Source: Planctomycetota bacterium (GTDB taxonomy: Bacteria; Planctomycetota; PLA2; JAEUHO01). Taken from it: a DNA stretch of 64,000 bases. The notes under the pieces were generated by a model. The model made no database searches, was not told the origin of the DNA, and saw only the letters and a list, made by a program, of their open reading frames with translations. The translations under genes were made by a program, and so were the position numbers. Shown here in pieces: positions 31,872-41,245 of the stretch (the first letter of the stretch is position 1; each line of letters starts with the position of its first letter). The stretch is from positions 139,379 to 203,378 of the forward strand of contig JBFWRP010000005.1 in assembly GCA_050248855.1 (NCBI GenBank), given 5' to 3'.

Positions 31872-33290
31872 ATGCGGCACAAGACGACCATCTTCATCTT
31901 CTTGGCCATGGGACTCGGCGTCGTCGTGGGTCAGCTCCTGGTTGGGGCGCCCGATACGGCACGACGCTGGTTCGACTTGATCGGCACGCAGGTCTTCGTA
32001 GGCGGCCTGAAGATGCTGATCGCCCCGCTGATCCTCTGCAGCATCGTGGCGGGCATCACCAGCCTCCCGAGCTTCTCGGACGCGGGACGCATCGGCGGCC
32101 GCACGTTGGCCTACTACATCACGACCACCACCGTGGCGGTGATCATCGGACTGGCCCTCGTGTTGATCCTGCGGCCCGGGGACTCGGAGAGCGCGCGGGG
32201 GATCGGCGAGAAGCGCGCCCAGCGGCTCACGGAGCTCGCGGCCACCTACGAAGCGGAGACGGGCAAGGACCCCCGGGCCACCGCCAACGTGGGTGCGTAT
32301 CGCGTCTGGCTCTACCAGCAGGAGGGCGAAGCTCTCGGCAAGTCCGACGCCGCCGAGCTGTATGCCAAGGTCGCCAAGGGCCACTCGCGATCGAGCTACG
32401 AGATGTTCACGCACGACATCGTGCGCCCCCTGTTGACCAACCCCTTCCAGTCGCTGAGCGAGGCCAACAGCCTGGGGATCATCCTCTGGTCGATCCTCTT
32501 GGCGCTGGCCGTGATGGCGGTCGGCGAGCCCGCTCGGCCGCTGATCAACCTGTTCCAAGCGGGCAACGAGGCCATGTTGAAGCTCGTCGGCTGGTTCATG
32601 AAGCTGGCGCCGCTGGCCATTTTCTGTCTCGTCGTGTCCCTCGTCTCGCAGCACGGCTTGAGCGTGTTCGACACCCTCGGAGGCTACTGCGCCACCGTGA
32701 TCGGCGGCATCGCCATCCATGTCCTCTTCTTGTTGTTCCTCGTCAGCGCCATCGGTCGCATGTCGCCGCTCAAGTTCCTGGGCGGCATCCGCGAGGCCTG
32801 GAGCGTGGCCTTTGCCACGCGCTCCAGCGCGGCGACGCTGCCGATCACGATGCGCTGCGTCACGGAGCGCCTGGGCGTGCGCCCGCGCGTGGCCCGCTTC
32901 GCCCTGCCCGTGGGCGCCACGATGAACATGGACGGCACGGCGCTCTACGAGGGCGTCGCCGTGATCTTCTTGCTGCAGATCTACGGCGGCATGGACGACG
33001 TGGGCATCGCGCTGACCGCGGGCGTGACCTTGGTGATCTTCATCACGGCCGTGCTGGCATCCGTGGGTGCGGCGGCGGTACCGGACGCGGGCCTGATCAC
33101 GATGGTGCTGGTGGCCGACGCGGTCCACCTGCCCGTCTACTACATCCCGCTGATCTTCACCGTGGACGCGTTCCTCGACATGTTCCGGACTTCCACCAAC
33201 GTCATGGGCGACGCGGTCGGAGCGGTCATCGTGGACCGCTTCGAAACGGACGCGCCTCCCGAGCCGTCACCCGCAGCAGCCATGGCCTAG
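31872..33290 (+). CDS. Dicarboxylate/amino acid:cation symporter (GltP family)
   Basis: LKMLIAPL, AFATRSSAATLP, GATMNMDGTALY, LDMFRTSTNVMGD. Confidence 0.93.
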   Translation: MRHKTTIFIFLAMGLGVVVGQLLVGAPDTARRWFDLIGTQVFVGGLKMLIAPLILCSIVAGITSLPSFSDAGRIGGRTLAYYITTTTVAVIIGLALVLILRPGDSESARGIGEKRAQRLTELAATYEAETGKDPRATANVGAYRVWLYQQEGEALGKSDAAELYAKVAKGHSRSSYEMFTHDIVRPLLTNPFQSLSEANSLGIILWSILLALAVMAVGEPARPLINLFQAGNEAMLKLVGWFMKLAPLAIFCLVVSLVSQHGLSVFDTLGGYCATVIGGIAIHVLFLLFLVSAIGRMSPLKFLGGIREAWSVAFATRSSAATLPITMRCVTERLGVRPRVARFALPVGATMNMDGTALYEGVAVIFLLQIYGGMDDVGIALTAGVTLVIFITAVLASVGAAAVPDAGLITMVLVADAVHLPVYYIPLIFTVDAFLDMFRTSTNVMGDAVGAVIVDRFETDAPPEPSPAAAMA

Positions 33291-33297
33291 GCCTCCT

Positions 33298-35040
33298 TCA
33301 CGGCCGCGCGAGCCGCACGTCCAGCCGCGTCGTGCCGGCCCCCTCCTGCACGAGCACGGTGGCGAACCCCTCCGTGACGTCGGCGTAGCGGCTCCACTCC
33401 GGGGGCACACGCACTTCGTAGGTGCCAGGGGCCAGGTCCTCGAACAGGGCCGCGGTGCCCGTGCCCGCGAACGCGAGTCGCCACCACACGTCGCCGGGGC
33501 TGCGCACATGCACGTTGAGCAGCGGACGCAGCTCGCCCGTCGCGGTCAGGGCGCGGATCTCCAAGCGCTCCGAACCGACACGCTCGGTCGCGGGCATCTG
33601 GAGACGCACGTCGCTGCGGCCGGCGGGCAGGTCCACGACGCGCGCAAGCCCGCGCTTGTAGTCCCGGACTTGCCAGCACCCCGGCACCAGGGGCCTGAGC
33701 ACGGCTTCGCCGCGCGCGTCCGTGCGGGCGTGGGCCCAGTCGATCTCGTCGGGTGCCGTCGCCTCCCGCACGAACGTCAGCCGATGGTCGGCCAGGGGCT
33801 CACCGTCGGCATCGAGCACCTCGACCTCCACGAGCGCGGCCCCGTCCTCGTGGCCGAGGTCCAGCACGAGCTCGCTGCCGCCCTCCCCCACTTCGGCGTC
33901 GAACACCTGGCGCGACCACTCCGTGCGCGGCACGAAGACTCCGCGGTACCGACCCGGCGGCAGGCGCCCCGCCCAGCCCGAGGCTCCACGCAGCTCGAGC
34001 GCGTCGGTGATCGGCACGCTCTCCCGAGGATGTCCGTGCTCGTCGAGCGACCAGAGCATGAGGTCGCCCGGAACGGCCTCGCCGCGCGGGGTCTCCCCGC
34101 GGACGGCGAAACCCACGACGTCGGGCAAGGTGAACTCCAGCTGGCTCGTGCCGCCGACCGCCAACGTGACGTCCTGCGGCGCGGGGGCGCCAGCGCTCTT
34201 CAAGCCGCGTGCATCGCTGACGGTGACGCGCAGCTGCACGTCGGCAGGCAGGCGTGCGGGCTCGGGATCCGCTCCCGCGAAGCGGAACCGACCCAACGGC
34301 AAGCCGGAGATCTCGCGCACCGTCACGGCACACTCGTCCAGCAGCTCGCCGCCGCGCCGCACGCGCGCAACAAGCCCACCCCGGGGCGCGGCCCGGGGCC
34401 CCAGCAGCAGCGTCGTGCGCGCATTGCCCTCGCGGCGCACGGGCTGGCTGACGGCCTCGAGCACGCGCCCCTCGGGATCCACGGACCGCGCCGCGACGAA
34501 CCACGCGCGCTCGGTGGCCAGCTGCACGCCCTCCACGGACACGCGCCCTGCGGAGGCGTTCACCTCCGCACGAGCCAACGCGCGTGTGGCCAAGCGTCCA
34601 TCCGCATCCATCTGGACGGTCGCTTCCCCGTCCGTCCCCGTGGCCCGCGACAGCGTGAAGGAGATCTCGTCGCGGCCGTTGCCGACGAACACCACCACCG
34701 GCGTGGCGAGGAGCGACGGCGCACCGCGTTCGCCCAAGACGCCCACGGATGCTGCCAGCTCGAGGTCCAGCGCGACGACGGTCCCTTCCGCACGGAGGCC
34801 CGTGCCCGCGGCTGGCCCGCTCTCGCCGGGGGCGGACGTGGCGCGCCCGTGGAGGCGGTGCTCCGAACCAGGGCTCGACGCATCCGTGGCGGGATCGCCC
34901 CCGCCGTGAAACGGCGGAGGCGACGGAGGCTCGGAGCCGCGCAGCGTGTTCACCACGTAGGTGACGCCCGCGGCGAGAGCCACGAGGAGCACGAGAACCG
35001 TCCACGGTGCTCGCGGCTTGCCTGTGCGATCGGGTTGCAT
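33298..35040 (-). CDS. Membrane-anchored protein with carboxypeptidase-regulatory-like domains
   Basis: AGGAG RBS, N-terminal TM, TDARGEA and DLAPGTYEV motifs. Confidence 0.7.
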   Translation of the reverse strand: MQPDRTGKPRAPWTVLVLLVALAAGVTYVVNTLRGSEPPSPPPFHGGGDPATDASSPGSEHRLHGRATSAPGESGPAAGTGLRAEGTVVALDLELAASVGVLGERGAPSLLATPVVVFVGNGRDEISFTLSRATGTDGEATVQMDADGRLATRALARAEVNASAGRVSVEGVQLATERAWFVAARSVDPEGRVLEAVSQPVRREGNARTTLLLGPRAAPRGGLVARVRRGGELLDECAVTVREISGLPLGRFRFAGADPEPARLPADVQLRVTVSDARGLKSAGAPAPQDVTLAVGGTSQLEFTLPDVVGFAVRGETPRGEAVPGDLMLWSLDEHGHPRESVPITDALELRGASGWAGRLPPGRYRGVFVPRTEWSRQVFDAEVGEGGSELVLDLGHEDGAALVEVEVLDADGEPLADHRLTFVREATAPDEIDWAHARTDARGEAVLRPLVPGCWQVRDYKRGLARVVDLPAGRSDVRLQMPATERVGSERLEIRALTATGELRPLLNVHVRSPGDVWWRLAFAGTGTAALFEDLAPGTYEVRVPPEWSRYADVTEGFATVLVQEGAGTTRLDVRLARP

Positions 35041-35087
35041 GGATCTCGTCTCCTGTCTTCGCTGCGGCATGCGCCGCGTTCGCGCGC

Positions 35088-36317
35088 TCAGCGAGCGCCG
35101 CCGTGGGTGCTCTTCGAGCCGTTCTGGCCGCCCTTGCCCGCGTCGCCGGAGCCGTTGCCTTCCCCGCCGGCCCCGCCACCGCCATCCTTGCCCTTGGTCT
35201 GACCCGCGCCGCCGCGACCGCCGTCGCCGCCGTTGCCACCGCCGCCGTTGGGGTAGCCCCCCGGACCGCCGCGACCGCCCAGGCCGCCGTCACCGCCCTT
35301 GCCGCTGGGTGCGTTGCCGCCATGACCGCCGTGGCCGCCGTTGCCGCCGAGTCCACCGACCGTGCCTTCATGCGTTCCGACGCCGCCGGGGCCACCTGCG
35401 CCGCCGCGGCCTCCGGCACCTGCGTTGCGGTCCTCGCCGAAGGCGTCGCCGCCCCTGCCGCCGTCGCCGCCGCGACCGCCGGCCGGCGCATGGCCGTTCT
35501 CGCTCGGGCCGCCGCTGCCGCCCGGGCCGCCCTCGCCGCCCGCCGCTCCGGTGTCGCCGTTGCCGCCGGAACCGCCCGCGCCACCCGCGCCACCGCTCAT
35601 GTCCCAGCTCTGGGCGTCCTCGCCCGCTCCGCCGCGCCCGCCGGCAAAGCCTGGCAGGCCGGTCGCCGGCCCGTCCGAGCCGTTGCCGCCGCGGCCGCCA
35701 TCGCCGCCGTTGGGTCCGCCGCGGCCACCGCGCCCGCCGGCGCCCACGGGCCCCTTGCGGCCGCCATCGCCGCCATCGCCTCCCTCACCGCCGGTACCGC
35801 CGCGGTCAGCGGGGTCGGCCGGTTCGCCACCGGTCCCGCCGTCACCACCCGTTCCGTGTCGACCCGGCTTGCCCCCCGGGCCCCCGCGGCCGCTGCCGGC
35901 TCCGCCATCGCCCCCCTGACCGCCCTTGCCCGCGGCGCCGCCGGTACCACCTGCGCCCCCCGTGCCGCCATCGGGTGCGCCCTTGCCGCCGTCGCCACCG
36001 CTGCCCGTGGGTCCCGGGGCGTTGCCGCCGGCGCCCGCCTCGCCGCCGGGGCCTGCATCGCCCCCGTCACCGCCGCTGCCGCCCGACGGGCCGCCGAGCC
36101 CGCCCTGGCCTGCGTCGGGGTAGTCCTCGTTGCCGTTGCCGCCGTCGCCGCCGTTGCCGACGCCGCTGGCGGCGCCGCCGCTGGTGGCGGGCTGGGTGGC
36201 CGTGGCGTCGGCGCCAGGCTTGCCGTCCGCGGCGCTCGCCGGAGAGGCCAACAGCAGGACGCTCGCTAGCGCCGCGCACGAGAGCGGCAGCACGTGGGAG
36301 AAGCAGCTGGATCGCAT
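35088..36317 (-). CDS. Secreted glycine-rich PGRS-like protein (GGx repeats)
   Basis: Signal peptide ending ASA, then long GGxGGx/GGxGGxG arrays. Confidence 0.75.
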   Translation of the reverse strand: MRSSCFSHVLPLSCAALASVLLLASPASAADGKPGADATATQPATSGGAASGVGNGGDGGNGNEDYPDAGQGGLGGPSGGSGGDGGDAGPGGEAGAGGNAPGPTGSGGDGGKGAPDGGTGGAGGTGGAAGKGGQGGDGGAGSGRGGPGGKPGRHGTGGDGGTGGEPADPADRGGTGGEGGDGGDGGRKGPVGAGGRGGRGGPNGGDGGRGGNGSDGPATGLPGFAGGRGGAGEDAQSWDMSGGAGGAGGSGGNGDTGAAGGEGGPGGSGGPSENGHAPAGGRGGDGGRGGDAFGEDRNAGAGGRGGAGGPGGVGTHEGTVGGLGGNGGHGGHGGNAPSGKGGDGGLGGRGGPGGYPNGGGGNGGDGGRGGAGQTKGKDGGGGAGGEGNGSGDAGKGGQNGSKSTHGGAR

Positions 36318-36513
36318 GGGAGAAGCTCCAGGGGCAGGACGAAGGAGGCTGTGGGAGAGTGGTCGCGGGCGCCCCGGGGCCCGCCAACCACCAGCCGCCT
36401 CGCCGCTACGTGGCCTGAGGTCACGGGCTGGATGTGCAACCGCGGGCTGACTGGCCCCGCGTGTGCGTGGTGCAATGGAGCTGCGGTGCCCGGGCCGCTC
36501 TTGGAGCCCTCCC

Positions 36514-38298
36514 ATGCGCATCCCCTCCATCTCCCGCATCGCCTTCGTGGCCGCCACCGGAGGCGCCTTGCTGTTTGGCGCGGTGAGCGGCGCCGCGGCC
36601 GGAGACGACGATGGCCGTCGCGGCCACGCCGCCTTCGGCAACCGCACCACCGGCTCGCGCCGAGGCGGCGACTCCGGCTCGCCCGGCTTGCAGCCGCGCG
36701 CGCGGACCAGCCTCCCAGCCCCGTTCCAAGGGCCCTCGGGCGGATCGCGGCGGCGCAACGACGCGCCCTCGTCGAGCGGTCCCGTCATCGGCCACACGCG
36801 CGCGCGAGGCCTGTTCGGCACGACGCCCACCGCGCCGCGCTCGGGCGGCAGCCCGTTTTCGAACCGCTCGTTCGGGACGAATGACCCGGGTTCGCGGGTC
36901 CTCGGCGTTCGCCGGTCGGGCGGCGGCGCACTCCCCTTTGCGGCCTCCGGCGGGTCCGTCCCGAGCGGGGTGCCTGTGTTGCGTTCCGGGACACGCCGGT
37001 CCTCCGGCGGGGACACCTCGGCATTTGGCACGGTCACGACGCTGCCTCGCACCGGCATCGTCGGCACGCCGAGTGCGCGCCGCGTCCCGAGCCCGCGGAC
37101 CTTCGGCGGCCACACGGCCACGCCTTCGTTCGGCGCCTCACGGGTCGTCGTAGGCGGGGGCAACCGCGTCATCGGCACCCGGCGCATCGGCACCCCGGGT
37201 CTGGCGACGCCTCCCGGCCCGGGCGCCGTGGGCTTCGGCGGAAGCGCGGGTGGCACGGCCGTCCCGTACGCGCGCACGGGCTCGCGCGTGGCCCTGCCGA
37301 GCAGCCGTGTGGGCGGTCTCGGCTCGACCCAGGTCGTGCGCAGCGGCATCACGCTGGGCGGCCATCGTGCCTACCCCACCGCTCGCGTGTACGGCGCCGC
37401 GGGTCCGCGCGCATGGCGCCTTGGCTACAACGTCGGCCGGCGACACGGCAGCGCCTGGCGCAACGGCCATGGCTGGTACCTCGTCGTGGCGGCATCGACG
37501 TCCTACACCTGGGACTGGTGCCTCGAGCCGGTGTTCGGCTACGGCACGGTGTGGGTCTCCGACCCGACGCCCTACGTCGTGGACCCCGTGTACGTGGGCG
37601 GTGCGCCCGTCTATGGCGGCGAGGGCTACTACACGCCCGACGGCGTCTGGGTACCGGCGGGTGAGGCCGGCCCGTACCCCGCACCGCCGGACGACGGCCA
37701 GGGCGGCTACTACCTCCCCGAAGGCACGCCCTACGAAGAGACGTGGGACCAGGGCACGCCCGGTCTCGAGGCCCCGCACGGGGTGGATCAGCCCGAGCCC
37801 CCCGCCGGGGAAGGCGAGGAGCTCTTCGCCAAGGGCGTCGAGGCCTTCCTCGACGGCCGTCACGCGGAGGCCGAGCTGACCTTCCACCTGCTCTCGCTGG
37901 AGCAGCCGGAGAACGGCCAGGTCTGGATGGCGTTGCTGCACGCCCGCTTTGCGCAGGGCGACTACGAAGCCGCCGCGACGGCGCTGAACAAGGCGGCAGC
38001 GATCGGTGCGTTCCCGCGCGGCTACCGCTTCGATCCCACCCCGCTCTACCGCGACGGATCGTTCCCGCAGCGACTGCAGGGCCTCGAGCGGCACCTGGGG
38101 ACCTACCCCCGTCACACCGACGCGCTGCTGCTGCTCGGCTACTTCCAGGTCGCGCTGGGCCAGGAAGCCAACGCGCGCGCGTCGCTCGACCGCGTCTTGC
38201 TGCAGCGCCGCGCGGACCCGACCGCGATCCTGCTGCAGGAAGCCCTGCTGCCCGCGGAGATGCCGGACGCGGCGACCACGCCGGACGCGCCGCGGTGA
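36514..38298 (+). CDS. Secreted protein with low-complexity region and C-terminal TPR repeats
   Basis: Signal peptide; G/R/S/T-rich region; Tyr/Pro-rich segment; TPR-like helices (FAQGDYEAAA, DALLLLGY). Confidence 0.75.
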   Translation: MRIPSISRIAFVAATGGALLFGAVSGAAAGDDDGRRGHAAFGNRTTGSRRGGDSGSPGLQPRARTSLPAPFQGPSGGSRRRNDAPSSSGPVIGHTRARGLFGTTPTAPRSGGSPFSNRSFGTNDPGSRVLGVRRSGGGALPFAASGGSVPSGVPVLRSGTRRSSGGDTSAFGTVTTLPRTGIVGTPSARRVPSPRTFGGHTATPSFGASRVVVGGGNRVIGTRRIGTPGLATPPGPGAVGFGGSAGGTAVPYARTGSRVALPSSRVGGLGSTQVVRSGITLGGHRAYPTARVYGAAGPRAWRLGYNVGRRHGSAWRNGHGWYLVVAASTSYTWDWCLEPVFGYGTVWVSDPTPYVVDPVYVGGAPVYGGEGYYTPDGVWVPAGEAGPYPAPPDDGQGGYYLPEGTPYEETWDQGTPGLEAPHGVDQPEPPAGEGEELFAKGVEAFLDGRHAEAELTFHLLSLEQPENGQVWMALLHARFAQGDYEAAATALNKAAAIGAFPRGYRFDPTPLYRDGSFPQRLQGLERHLGTYPRHTDALLLLGYFQVALGQEANARASLDRVLLQRRADPTAILLQEALLPAEMPDAATTPDAPR

Positions 38299-38408
38299 GC
38301 GGGTCGTCGTCGCGATGACGCCCCGGGCGAAGCGAGTGCTTCGCCCGGGTGCCTTTCCAACCGATGCTCGGAGGCAGGGGCGCGCGTCGCCCCGGGAGCA
38401 CGATACGG

Positions 38409-39056
38409 ATGGCCCGACGCCGGTCCCGTCGCCGCAGCGGCCCCTCGTCGCCCGCAGCGGGTACCGGCACGACGCTCGTCCCGTGGCGGGAGCGCGTACG
38501 CGAGATCCTCGCCGCGCTCCGACGTCGCGCGCAGCGTCAGCACGGGCGCGCGTTGACGGCGTGGATCGACGAGCGCCTGGGCGAAGGTGCCACCGCGCGC
38601 GGCGGGAGCGATGCGGACCGGCTCCTCGATGACTGGATCGCGTGCCCGGGATCCGCGGGCGACGGGCGCTCCGTCGCCGGGGCGCACGCCGCGGAGGCAG
38701 TCGATCTCGAGCCGCTCGAGCGCGACCAGCTGAGGCGCTGGGAGCGCGAGCGGCGGCGCGGCGTGTTCTTGGTGCAGCGGGCCCAGCGGGACGCGCTCGA
38801 GGTCTGGGACCCGCTCGAAGGCGCCCCTCTCGTGCTGCACCTGCTGGATCGGCTGGACGCCCCGAAGGCCTCGTCGCTGCGCCGCGGCGCGGTCGTCACC
38901 GCCAGCTACCAGCCCTGGGTGGCCCGCCTCGTAGCCGTCGGCCCGGTCGAGATCTTCGAAGCCGACGATGCACTCGACCTGTTCCGCCGCGAGGTCCTCG
39001 CCGCCGGGCAGGCTTGGCACGACGCGCCGCCGCCGGCCCCGTCGCGCGCGACCTGA
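38409..39056 (+). CDS. Hypothetical protein
   Basis: Plausible ORF filling the gap; start uncertain. Confidence 0.55.
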   Translation: MARRRSRRRSGPSSPAAGTGTTLVPWRERVREILAALRRRAQRQHGRALTAWIDERLGEGATARGGSDADRLLDDWIACPGSAGDGRSVAGAHAAEAVDLEPLERDQLRRWERERRRGVFLVQRAQRDALEVWDPLEGAPLVLHLLDRLDAPKASSLRRGAVVTASYQPWVARLVAVGPVEIFEADDALDLFRREVLAAGQAWHDAPPPAPSRAT

Positions 39057-39082
39057 CGTCGTCAGACCGCCCCAAAACGCAA

Positions 39083-39113
39083 GCAGGGCGACCGCCTCAA
39101 GCGGTCGCCCTGC
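39083..39113 (-). terminator. Intrinsic terminator after selenoprotein paralog A
   Basis: 13-bp stem GCAGGGCGACCGC/GCGGTCGCCCTGC, followed on the minus strand by TTGCGTTTT. Confidence 0.75.
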
Positions 39114-39138
39114 GCGATGCGATCCAGGAAAGCGGGGC

Positions 39139-39903
39139 TCAGGCCTTCTTGGGCGTGAGCGTCCAAAGCTCCTTCTGCTTCTTGGCGAGCTCGGCCATCT
39201 GGTCGCTGAGCTCCTTGCCCTCTTCCTCGAGCTCGGCGATGTCGCGGTCCTTGCCGCTCTCGCCGCGGATACGACCCAGCTTGTCGTTGATGACCTTCTG
39301 GGCGTTCACGATCTGGTCCTGCTCGGTGAGGATCTTGAGGTGCTCGTCGACGACCTTGTCGAGCTTCTCCTTGAAGACCTTGCCAGCGACCGTCTTCATG
39401 GTGCTGAAGAGCTTGCTCGCCTTGAGCTTGCTGCCCTCGAGCACGGTCAGCTTGAGCGACTCGGGCTCGACCACGATCATGCGCGGCACGTCCTTGCCCT
39501 CGCCCTGGAGGACCGCGTCCTTCGCGACGTCGTCGGGGTGCATCTTGACGCGCCGGAAGGCCTTCATGCCGAGGGCGACCTTCTCGTCCTTGAGCGTGAC
39601 CTCTTCGAGCTTGTCGAAGCCTTCGCAGCCGGCAGCCTCGTCGCACACGTAGATGATGATGGGCTTGTCGGTCCAGCGCAGGGGCGAGGCCGGAGCCTCT
39701 TCCGTGGTCTCGCTCGCCAAATCACCCGTGACGACGGCCTTCTGCTCGACGCTGATCGTCTGCACGGTCTCCCAGGAAATGCTGAGCTCCGCCAAACTGG
39801 CGGGCGAACGACCGTTGCATCAGCCGGCTTCGACGCCGCCGCTGAAGAGCGTGCCGAGGGAGAGCGCGAAGAGCGCCGCCCCGAAAAGCATCACGTTGCG
39901 CAT
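39139..39903 (-). CDS. Putative secreted selenoprotein A (U28-C29), thioredoxin-like body plus coiled-coil
   Basis: AGGAGG RBS; MRNVMLFGAALFALSLGTLFSGGVEAG-TGA(39822-39820)-CNGRSPASLAELSISW continues in frame into track ORF 39139..39795. Confidence 0.85.
39789..39803 (-). promoter_or_regulatory. SECIS-like hairpin of paralog A
   Basis: CCGCCA-GUU-UGGCGG, stem starting 16 nt after UGA. Confidence 0.7.
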
Positions 39904-40132
39904 GGGTACCTCTTCCTCCTCAGAAGGCAGCGCCGCGGCGATGCCATCGGGTATGTCTGCGGGCTTGGCGAGCCGCCTGCGGGATTGCCGCTCGCCCTTC
40001 CGATCCGTCCATCGGGACGATACATCCTAGCGTCGGGTTCCACCGGCGGCACCGATGCCAGGTGCTCGCGGCCGCCTCGGCGCCCCCGCGGCCCGGCGTT
40101 TGGGACTTGGGCCCCGGTCGGCCTTCTCCTCC

Positions 40133-40177
40133 AAAACCGGCGCGACCCCCGCGGGGGAACCCCACGGGGGCCGCCGG
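40133..40177 (-). terminator. Intrinsic terminator after selenoprotein paralog B
   Basis: Minus strand CCGGCGGCCCCCGTGGGG-TTC-CCCCGCGGGGGTCGCGCCGG-TTTT. Confidence 0.65.
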
Positions 40178-40198
40178 GCACATGCCTCGGTGCCGGGA

Positions 40199-41047
40199 TC
40201 AGACCGCGGCGACCTTCAGGTCCGTCCAGAGCTGGGCTTGCTTCTCGAGCAGCTCGTCGCGCTCGCCGTGGAGCTTCTCCTGCTCGGAGCGCAGGCGCTT
40301 GGCCTTGCCCTCGTCGCCCTTCTCCTCGGCGGCGCTCAGGTCCTCACCGACCTTGAAGATGTCGGGGGCGAGCTTGTCCAGGGCCGCCAGGATCTTCTGG
40401 TGGTCCTTGACGAGCTTGTCGACCTTGACGCCGTCGAAGAAGCCGTCGGCGACCTTGCGCATCGCGGAGTACACGGGCTTGGGACCAAGCTCGCGCTCCT
40501 TGTCGAGCACCTTCGAGGTGGAGCGCAGCGGGTCGAGCAGGACGAGACGCGGATGGGCCTCGCCGGCGCCCGCCAGCATGGGCTCGCGCGCGGCGTCCTC
40601 CGGCGTCATGCGCACGCAGCGGAACGCACGGCTGGCCAGCGCGATCTTCTCGTCGACGAACGTCTCCGTCTCGAGCGAGTCCAGGAGCTCGTCCTGGCCC
40701 AGGTCATCGCAAACGAGCACCAGGAAGGGCTGCGTCCACTCGGGGGCCGGCGCGGCCTCGGCCTCGCCCTCTTCGGCGTCGATCGTGACGCCCGTGATCA
40801 CACGCTTCACCTGCGTCAGGTGATGCACGCGCTGCCAACGGATCTCGAGTGCGCGGGCCGACTCGGGCGCGCGCGCCTTGCCATCGGGCGTCGTGACGCG
40901 ACCGCCCCCGGCCACGCTACCAGCGCCTACGTTGCCCCCTCCGCGACCTGCGGAGCCGCCACCGCATCAACCGGCGTCGGCGGGGCGAAGGGATGTGGTC
41001 GAAACAGCCAGCCCGAGGGCGGCCGCGATGGCAAGCAAGGTGCGCAT
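40199..41047 (-). CDS. Putative secreted selenoprotein B (U27-C28)
   Basis: MRTLLAIAAALGLAVSTTSLRPADAG-TGA(40969-40967)-CGGGSAGRGGG continues in frame into track ORF 40199..40915; body homologous to A and C. Confidence 0.85.
40939..40955 (-). promoter_or_regulatory. SECIS-like hairpin of paralog B
   Basis: CUCCGC-AGGUC-GCGGAG, 11 nt after UGA; resembles the E. coli fdhF SECIS apical sequence GCAGGUC. Confidence 0.75.
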
Positions 41048-41245
41048 GGGATCGGAGTCTCCGTGCGAGGGGCCGCTCGGGAGCGGTCAGGCCGATCAAG
41101 CATAGCCCATGGAGGGCCCGCCCGGACCGTGGGGAAATCTGGGATCCGGGGACGGGAGCCCCGGGCCCAGGGCCCCGCGGCGCCGGACCCGGAAGGGAGG
41201 GGGAGTAGAGTGCCCCCCCGCCCGAGCCAGGCGGGCCGGGAGGGC

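Noticed and set aside
40055..41245. N-terminal extension making the tricorn protease 1514 aa
   Set aside because: It is the antisense of selenoprotein B; the signal peptide starts at 41246 or 41252.
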